From Candidatus Thorarchaeota archaeon (GTDB lineage: Archaea; Asgardarchaeota; Thorarchaeia; Thorarchaeales; Thorarchaeaceae): 11,895 nucleotides of DNA. Shown here piece after piece: positions 6,306 to 11,895 of this stretch. The stretch covers positions 1 to 11,895 of the forward strand of contig JAWAQK010000064.1 of assembly GCA_038893995.1 (NCBI GenBank). Direction: 5' to 3'. Both the position numbers and the translations under genes were made by a program. Below the pieces are notes generated by a model. The model did not search any database. It saw only the letters and a program-made list of their open reading frames with translations, and had not been told where the DNA came from. Numbering within the stretch: the first letter of the stretch is position 1; the number at the start of each line of letters is the position of its first letter.

Positions 6306-6423
6306 GTGAAGCAGGACTCCTACACATGTACTTGCACCGAAATGCCTTGCATCGACCTTGTAGAATGTCTGCAATCATATCGCTTTTAGATTTGCTGTGC
6401 GGCAGGTCCTTATAGAAACAACC

Positions 6424-7065
6424 CTAGCAGCGCCCATCGCTCCCAGAGGGACGTAGTCTTATGTGTTTCAGGATCTTTCGGCCGCGATCATGTTCTTCGC
6501 GTGCGGGCTCGAGTGTCGGAAGATGAGGAATCTCTCGTCTTCCAACCTCGGAGAAACCGTAAGACGTAATCAGTAGTCGAGAGGGCAGGTTCGATTCATA
6601 GACCTCACAATACACCTCCTCGACGCCCCTACGGACGAAGAACTCCGCCGCCTGCTGTATCAGCAAAGTGGCAACCCCCTTGCGTCTTCGTGATGGCAAT
6701 ACTCCAATCGCTGTGATCTCTCCGTATCGACCAGTGTCACTCTCCTCCACGAAGCAGGCGATGAAGCCTATGGGTTCTCCTCCCAGCTCGGCAACAAAGA
6801 TACCATCAAGTTCGAGCTTCTCAGCATCATCCATGGTCAGAGGACAGAAGGGGTCCGGAGCCGACATGAAACAGCGATTGTATAGGTCAACGAAAGCACT
6901 GAGGTCCTCACGACTCAGCTGGCGGACCTTGATATATGTGGGCAAGTTTCGTTGGGACCAAGACTCACGGGCCAGCTTCAGCGCCTCGGTTGTCTTGGCC
7001 CTCATGATGAGATAGGCACTTCCTCTTGTGCTTGGTCCAGTGGGCTCCACAGTCAAATTCATCAT
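6424..7065 (-). CDS. GNAT family N-acetyltransferase (RimI-like core, with N- and C-terminal extensions)
   Basis: Motif A is GEITAIGVLPSRRRKGVATLLI and motif B is VYESNLPSRLLITSYGF. AGGAGG lies immediately upstream of the ATGATG start. Confidence 0.9.
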   Translation of the reverse strand: MMNLTVEPTGPSTRGSAYLIMRAKTTEALKLARESWSQRNLPTYIKVRQLSREDLSAFVDLYNRCFMSAPDPFCPLTMDDAEKLELDGIFVAELGGEPIGFIACFVEESDTGRYGEITAIGVLPSRRRKGVATLLIQQAAEFFVRRGVEEVYCEVYESNLPSRLLITSYGFSEVGRREIPHLPTLEPAREEHDRGRKILKHIRLRPSGSDGRC

Positions 7066-7104
7066 GGCCTCCTAGGGATGTAGGATCGCACCCTATTGTC
7101 TCAA

Positions 7105-7887
7105 TTACTGGGACCTAGACACGGATGGCTCAGACAGAAGTGAGTCTATTGCTCGGACTGCTGCATCGATAGAGTGTTCAACGGCTTCCACGAACTTCCG
7201 GTCTTGCTCACCCGACTCCTCACTCTCGTCGACCTGCTCGCCTTTCTGCCCTGTGTGGAGGTTCCCATCGCATGCAAGGATTGATGCAGCATCATATCCC
7301 CTTGTGGTCGCGAACACAAATAGCAACGAGCTCTCCATCTCCACACACTTGACTCTTGCACGGGTCCACAGATCGAGCTTGCTTCTCTCAGAAGACAGAT
7401 AGTAGATGTCGCTGGTCCAACAGATCCCGGAGTGCACCCTCGCGGAGAGTGTTCTCCTGATCTCATTGAGCAGGGTAGAGTGCCAGACTGGTGAGGCAAC
7501 AGCAGGATACTCGATGGGAGCGTAGTTCAGACCAGTGCTCTCATCCCGGACACATGCAAACGGAACGACCACATCACCGATCTGGACGTTCGGGTCGATG
7601 CCACCACAGGAACCAACACGAATGAACACGCGTGCTCCCAACCTCGCAAGCTCTTCTATACATATATGAGTGGACCCAGTGCCCATCCCAGTGGAGGAGA
7701 TCGTGACAGGAATGCCCCCGGGGGTGTATGCGTGGTGAGTCACGAGCCCACGATATCTGGCGATCTCACGTCCATCTCTCATGCGGGCTGAGATCATCTG
7801 AACACGATCAGGGTTCCCAGTGATTATTGCAACTTGCTCTACGTCACCCAGCCCGACACGTAGATGTGGCTGTATCCTATGCTTCAT
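7105..7887 (-). CDS. udp: Uridine phosphorylase / NP-I hexameric nucleoside phosphorylase
   Basis: QPHL, GNPDRV, STGMGTGSTHICIEEL, FIRVGSCGG, VRDESTGLNY and VEMESS. The start is placed at ATG 7887 (AAGGTG upstream). The family is certain; uridine versus purine specificity is less so. Confidence 0.85.
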   Translation of the reverse strand: MKHRIQPHLRVGLGDVEQVAIITGNPDRVQMISARMRDGREIARYRGLVTHHAYTPGGIPVTISSTGMGTGSTHICIEELARLGARVFIRVGSCGGIDPNVQIGDVVVPFACVRDESTGLNYAPIEYPAVASPVWHSTLLNEIRRTLSARVHSGICWTSDIYYLSSERSKLDLWTRARVKCVEMESSLLFVFATTRGYDAASILACDGNLHTGQKGEQVDESEESGEQDRKFVEAVEHSIDAAVRAIDSLLSEPSVSRSQ

Positions 7888-7996
7888 CCGAGACACCTTC
7901 CACAATTGAGTGTTGGGACCTAATTAGCGTAACTGAAGGCAGGGAAGCACAACCAGAAGCTCAAGAAGATGCCGATACGAGAAACGAAACCACATA

Positions 7997-8671
7997 TCAA
8001 CGGGATGAAGACGCGTAGAAACAGTGTCCTTGAACAGGACACCTGGCACACCGAGGATTTCTTCTAAGACAGACAGTCGCTACAAGGTCGATGATTCCCC
8101 AGTAGAACCTCCTGTCATGCAGACCGCCTATGTCACTCATTATCGCCCATGCCTCTGTGTCATGAGGGCCAGAGAAATGGATGTCGAAGACTCGGCGTAG
8201 GAAGTGCAGAACATTGCCATCCACCAGCGGTCGTGGAACACCAAAGGCGAAATTCAGTACTGCAGAGGCACCGTAAGGACCCAGACCAGGCAGGGCAAGC
8301 AACGCATCATAGTCTGCGGGTACAGATCCCCCATACTTCTCAACCAGTATCTTGCTGGTGGTCAGGAGGTCCCTCACACGTACCCTTTGAAGCCCAAGAC
8401 TACACACGATAGTGGTCAATTCACTGACATCTGCACTCGCCAGCATCCCAGGCGACGGATATCTTTGTACAAGTGATCGATAGACTCTGGATACAGCTGA
8501 CGCCGTGGTCCTTCGAAGAAGCATCTCTGCAACGAGTATCCTGTAGGGGTCGGTTTCCTCTCTCCATTCGAAACGGCGACCAAACCCCGAGTACCAATCA
8601 ATGACGGCACTGCGGACTTTCTCCGCTAAGTCAGGACTGACGCGCACAATATTTGACATGACTGGTTCCAT
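7997..8671 (-). CDS. mig: HhH-GPD DNA glycosylase with [4Fe-4S] loop, MIG-type (T/U:G mismatch glycosylase)
   Basis: RRFEWRE..DPYRILVAEMLLRRTTA has LLRRT as in archaeal MIG rather than MutY LQQT or Nth LSAQ. The HhH LLALPGLGPYGA has Tyr at the Nth lyase-Lys position. It also has LVDGN and C-x6-C-x2-C-x5-C (CLRRNPRCARCPVQGHC). It is 224 aa with no MutY C-terminal domain. Confidence 0.8.
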   Translation of the reverse strand: MEPVMSNIVRVSPDLAEKVRSAVIDWYSGFGRRFEWREETDPYRILVAEMLLRRTTASAVSRVYRSLVQRYPSPGMLASADVSELTTIVCSLGLQRVRVRDLLTTSKILVEKYGGSVPADYDALLALPGLGPYGASAVLNFAFGVPRPLVDGNVLHFLRRVFDIHFSGPHDTEAWAIMSDIGGLHDRRFYWGIIDLVATVCLRRNPRCARCPVQGHCFYASSSR

Positions 8672-8786
8672 ATGTTCTGCGAGAGGTATTCATGGGTTGC
8701 GGCAATTAAACGCGGGTCGATCTCGGCCGCAAGCGGATTGCTTATGGCATCATCATACGATCAGGATGGTAGGGTGGTCAGTATCG

Positions 8787-9158
8787 ATGCTGTTGAGAGT
8801 ACTGAGCGAGCTCAAGGAGATAAGAGCGATAGACGGAGTCAGGTTGCGTGAGATACTCAACCCAGTTCACGGCGACCCACCAATTCTGGGATACAGCCTT
8901 GCTCATGCAATCTTAGAACCGGGACAGCAGTCACAGCCGCACCTATTGAGAACAGCCTCTGAGGTGTACTACATCCTCAGCGGAGAGGGAGTGATGAGTA
9001 TTGACAATGAGGAGAAGATGGTCCGGGAGGGGGATGCGATATACATCCCCCCTGGTGCAGTCCAGTTCATCCGAAACAGTGGACGGGAGGAACTGAGGTT
9101 CTTGTGTATAGTCAGCCCTCCATGGAGGGCGGAGGACGAGGCACTCTACAGACCATAG
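8787..9158 (+). CDS. Small cupin-domain protein
   Basis: Cupin motif 1 is PGQQSQPHLLRTASEVYYILSGEG and motif 2 is GDAIYIPPGAVQFIRN, followed by LRFLCIVSPPW. The start is moved to ATG 8787 because 8601 would overlap the divergent glycosylase. This gives 123 aa. Confidence 0.9.
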   Translation: MLLRVLSELKEIRAIDGVRLREILNPVHGDPPILGYSLAHAILEPGQQSQPHLLRTASEVYYILSGEGVMSIDNEEKMVREGDAIYIPPGAVQFIRNSGREELRFLCIVSPPWRAEDEALYRP

Positions 9159-9175
9159 ACGTAGGTGCCACTTCA

Positions 9176-10366
9176 TCACCTTACGCGTCGCGCAAACTCC
9201 CTTCCGAACTCGTATGCCCTTTCGAGTTCTTCCGCGTTTGGCACCCACCTTACAACAAACGGTTCCATCACAATCTCCATCTTACCTGCTCGCATTGAAG
9301 ACGTGATCTTCTCAACCGCTCCACCACTCCATCCAATTGAGCCAAATGCCGCGCCTTTCTTACCGGCTGGCTTGAGTGCCTCGATGTCAGACAGCAGCGG
9401 CGCCACCGTAGGAAGAACCTCATTATGCATAGTAGAGCTTCCGAGGAGGATCCCCTTTGCCTCAAGGAGATCGGCGATTATGTCACTGCGGTCGCTGTGG
9501 GGTATCAGATGGAGCAGAGTCTCAAGTCCCTCAGCACTGATCCCCTCTGCAATTGCACGCGCAAGTTTTGTGGTACTTTGCCACATTGTGTCCCATGCCA
9601 CAATGACCCTATCACGGACTCTCGCTCCCTTAGCCCATTCGAGATACCTCGTCACTATCTGTAGTGGGTCCTTTCGCCAAATCAGTCCATGAGAGGGAGC
9701 AATCATCTTGATGGGCAGGTTCAGCTGGACAAGCTCCTCAATCTTTCTCCGAACAAGAGGACTCAGCGGCCAGAGGATGTTCGCATAGTACTTTTCGGCT
9801 TCGCGCCATAGCGTGACCTGATCAACCTCATCTGCAAAACGTCGTTCTGTGGCATAGTGTTGGCCAAATGCATCATTCGGCAGTAGGAGTTGACCGGTAA
9901 CCTCGTAGGTGAACATGCTCTCAGGCCAGTGAAGCATAGGGGCCTCGTAGAACCGGAGGGTCTTCTTCCCCAGTACTATCTCGTCTCCTGTCTTGACGGT
10001 CTCTATGGTCCAGCCGTCCGGGTAGTGCTTTCGGAGTGCATCCACAGCCCTCGCAGTACATACGAGCGTTGCATTGGGGACCCTTCTGAGTACGTCGGGA
10101 ATCGCTCCAGAGTGATCCATCTCTGTGTGATTGGAGATGACATAGTCTATCTTGGAGGGATCCATGATGTGCGATATTCTAGTGAACATCTCATGGGAGA
10201 ATGGCCCATAGACCGCGTCGACTAGTGCCGTCTTGTCATCTACGATCAGGTACGCATTGTAGGTGGTACCATGATGCACTGTGTAGGTGTACCCATGGAA
10301 GTTCCTAACATCGAAATCAATAGCTCCAACCCAGTATACTCCATCAGATATCTTGACAGGTTTCAT
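9176..10366 (-). CDS. fprA: Class A flavodiiron protein (O2/NO reductase; metallo-beta-lactamase + flavodoxin domains)
   Basis: GVYWVG, RNFHG, GTTYNAYLI, di-iron ligands NHTEMDHSG / LHWP / NDAFGQH / PSHG, KYYANIL, and flavodoxin motifs DTMWQST and FGSIGWSGG. Length is 396 aa. Confidence 0.96.
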   Translation of the reverse strand: MKPVKISDGVYWVGAIDFDVRNFHGYTYTVHHGTTYNAYLIVDDKTALVDAVYGPFSHEMFTRISHIMDPSKIDYVISNHTEMDHSGAIPDVLRRVPNATLVCTARAVDALRKHYPDGWTIETVKTGDEIVLGKKTLRFYEAPMLHWPESMFTYEVTGQLLLPNDAFGQHYATERRFADEVDQVTLWREAEKYYANILWPLSPLVRRKIEELVQLNLPIKMIAPSHGLIWRKDPLQIVTRYLEWAKGARVRDRVIVAWDTMWQSTTKLARAIAEGISAEGLETLLHLIPHSDRSDIIADLLEAKGILLGSSTMHNEVLPTVAPLLSDIEALKPAGKKGAAFGSIGWSGGAVEKITSSMRAGKMEIVMEPFVVRWVPNAEELERAYEFGREFARRVR

Positions 10367-10379
10367 TTCGCATCATGGT

Positions 10380-10476
10380 ATTAACTATAATTAATCGGAT
10401 ATAAGTCAGTTAGTTTCTTGATGGTAACGTCAATGTGAACACGTCACCCCCGTCTGTGTTACCTCCGAGTAACGCA
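10380..10476. promoter_or_regulatory. Divergent promoter region with TATA-like tract and several operator-like dyads
   Basis: attaactataattaat (10380-10395, 14/16 palindromic), ttgat-ggtaac-gtcaa (10418-10433), gtga-acacg-tcac (10435-10447) and tgtgttac-ctccga-gtaacgca (10455-10476). Confidence 0.5.
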
Positions 10477-10518
10477 CCAGCTTATTTGAAGTGGAGACTA
10501 CTGATTGGTCGAGTGGTA

Positions 10519-11712
10519 ATGACCGAGGACATGAAAAGTGCAATCAAGCGGGTCCTGCGAAGAATACACAACGGCGAGGACCCAGACGACGTAAAGAGAG
10601 AGTTTGCGGCAGTACTCAGACAGGCTCGTCCGGCAGATATTGCACAGGCCGAGGAGGAACTTGTCCGCGAAGGGCTTCCCCGGGAGGAGATACAGAAACT
10701 CTGCGAGGTACATCTCTCACTGTTCGGGGAAGGACTTGAGAGAAAGGACTCACTCGCACCAGAGGGCCATCCCATATACATTCTGATGAGAGAGCACGAG
10801 ATACTCCTCGAGAAAGCAGCAATGTTGAGCGAGCTGATCGAGAATCAGAAAGATGCGACCGGCAGCGACAACATGGCGAGAGTCAATGAACTAGTCCGCT
10901 ATTTCAGGGAGTCTGCAAATCACTACCTAAGGGAGGAGAACGTGCTCTTTCCCATCCTGGAGAAGCATGGAATAACCGAGCCACCAAAAGTGATGTGGAT
11001 GGAGCATGATCAGATCAGAGCACTTGAGAAGCAGCTGTATGAGGCCCTGCCAGGGGACGAGTCAGGATTTGGGCAGAATAGCAAGACAATCCTCAAGATC
11101 GCGCGTGAGCTGAATAGTACTCTTTCCAGCCACTTCTACAAGGAAAACAACATCCTCTTTCCGACATCAATCAGGCTGTTCACGTCCGAGGACTGGCAGA
11201 CAGTCATGAGAGGTTTTGACGAAGTTGGCTACTGTTTCTTCTCACCCGAGAGGAAAACAACAGACATGCGAGTGTTATCCGAAGCAAGGGTTATGGAGGA
11301 GGGTATAGACCTGGGAAGCGGTACTCTACCTGCCCGGGTACTTCGATGCATCCTGAATACGCTGCCAGTAGACATCACCTTTGTGGACGATCAGGATCGC
11401 GTACGATACTTCAGCGAATCCCCCGAGAGGATCTTCGTTCGGTCCAGGGCCGTGATTGGTAGGAGCGTACAGATGTGTCATCCGCAGAAGAGCGTTCACA
11501 TCGTGAACAGGATACTTGAGGACTTTCGAAACAAGAAACGGGATGTAGCTGAGTTTTGGATAGACCTGAGAGGACGCAAGGTGCATATTCGGTACTTTGC
11601 AGTCCGAGACGAAGGTGGTAGGTACCTCGGTTGCCTGGAGGTATCACAGGACATAACTGAGATAAAGAAGTTGGAGGGAGAGAAGAGGCTTCTGGATGAT
11701 AGGCCAGCTTAG
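10519..11712 (+). CDS. DUF438 / hemerythrin (HHE) / PAS-domain protein
   Basis: The N-terminus has IHNGEDPDDVKREF...IAQAEEELVREG...IQKLCEVH (DUF438). The hemerythrin-type part has GHPIYILMREH, HYLREENVLFP, VMWMEHDQIR and HFYKENNILFP. The C-terminal PAS has LPVDITFVD...RSVQMCHPQKS...GCLEVSQDIT. The start is moved from 10435 to ATG 10519. Confidence 0.93.
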   Translation: MTEDMKSAIKRVLRRIHNGEDPDDVKREFAAVLRQARPADIAQAEEELVREGLPREEIQKLCEVHLSLFGEGLERKDSLAPEGHPIYILMREHEILLEKAAMLSELIENQKDATGSDNMARVNELVRYFRESANHYLREENVLFPILEKHGITEPPKVMWMEHDQIRALEKQLYEALPGDESGFGQNSKTILKIARELNSTLSSHFYKENNILFPTSIRLFTSEDWQTVMRGFDEVGYCFFSPERKTTDMRVLSEARVMEEGIDLGSGTLPARVLRCILNTLPVDITFVDDQDRVRYFSESPERIFVRSRAVIGRSVQMCHPQKSVHIVNRILEDFRNKKRDVAEFWIDLRGRKVHIRYFAVRDEGGRYLGCLEVSQDITEIKKLEGEKRLLDDRPA

Positions 11713-11718
11713 ACTCTG

Positions 11719-11760
11719 CGAATGAACGTGGGGCCGCTGAGGGCCTCCACTTGACATTCG
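11719..11760. terminator. Hairpin filling the gap between convergent genes (possible bidirectional terminator / 3' stabiliser)
   Basis: cgaatg (11719-24) pairs with cattcg (11755-60). gtgg-ggcc (11728-35) pairs with ggcc-t-ccac (11742-50), closing the loop gctgag. Confidence 0.5.
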
Positions 11761-11762
11761 AC

Positions 11763-11894
11763 TCAGAAGCTTGGTGGGTTGTTGTTGTACCATCTGGGAA
11801 CTGTCTTCATTGCGGGTTCATAGCCGTCAAGCACAAACCTTGACAATATGAGCCTCTGGATCTCACTGGTTCCCTCATAGATCTTGTATAGCTT
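11763..11894 (-). CDS. C-terminal end of an acyl-CoA dehydrogenase (gene starts beyond the window)
   Basis: The minus strand reads KLYKIYEGTSEIQRLILSRFVLDGYEPAMKTVPRWYNNNPPSF*. IYEGTSEIQR is the ACAD C-terminal catalytic-Glu motif. Confidence 0.92.
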   Translation of the reverse strand, partial: KLYKIYEGTSEIQRLILSRFVLDGYEPAMKTVPRWYNNNPPSF

Positions 11895-11895
11895 C

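Noticed and set aside
7109-7922. 9-bp direct repeat tgggaccta at both ends of the udp gene (7109-7117 and 7914-7922) as a target-site duplication
   Set aside because: One copy lies inside the coding 3' end, and there are no terminal inverted repeats or transposase. Chance is a sufficient explanation.
1452-11647. Numerous overlapping or antisense ORFs in the track (e.g. 1452..1739, 2682..3035, 5053..5373, 5953..6309, 6668..7015, 9165..9692, 9890..10225, 10482..10781)
   Set aside because: They are shadow frames of well-supported genes and have no motifs of their own.
11719-11760. Eukaryote/Asgard-like SECIS element (AUGA...UGA around a hairpin)
   Set aside because: No apical AA, a poor kink-turn register, and no in-frame UGA in the upstream gene, which ends in TAG. 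Better read as an ordinary convergent-gene hairpin.
1-11895. CRISPR array, tRNA, rRNA, intact IS element or integrase
   Set aside because: No regularly spaced repeats, no cloverleaf with a T-loop consensus, and no transposase or recombinase motifs seen.

Overview
This looks like an archaeal chromosomal window. The clues are GGTGA/GAGGTG/AGGAG Shine-Dalgarno-like motifs, TATA-like boxes, frequent ATA/AGA/AGG codons, and archaeal-type families (MIG glycosylase, small cupin, GGR). An Asgard (Thorarchaeia-like) host is only my impression and is untested. From about 4000 to the end it is mostly housekeeping genes. A minus-strand run reads MIG-type DNA glycosylase > uridine/nucleoside phosphorylase > GNAT > geranylgeranyl reductase > membrane-anchored M28 glutaminyl-cyclase-like protein. 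After that come a cupin, a flavodiiron protein (FprA) divergent from a DUF438/hemerythrin/PAS protein, and the 3' end of an acyl-CoA dehydrogenase. The unusual part is 1-4000. (i) A bacterial-type RNase PH is divergent from a nucleotidyltransferase (GS-x10-DxD) fused to two tandem HEPN-like repeats. This is followed by a 186-aa basic protein resembling the WED/REC half of TnpB/Cas12f, with no RuvC domain and no transposon context. (ii) A mosaic left end holds an ABC-ATPase frame that breaks at Walker B and runs in frame into an 8-glycine zipper. It also holds a strongly structured 445-nt intergenic region with mutually exclusive helices over the ribosome-binding site of an orphan 4-TM gene, and a frameshifted nitrilase-like relic. 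All family calls come from motif recognition by eye; no searches were run.
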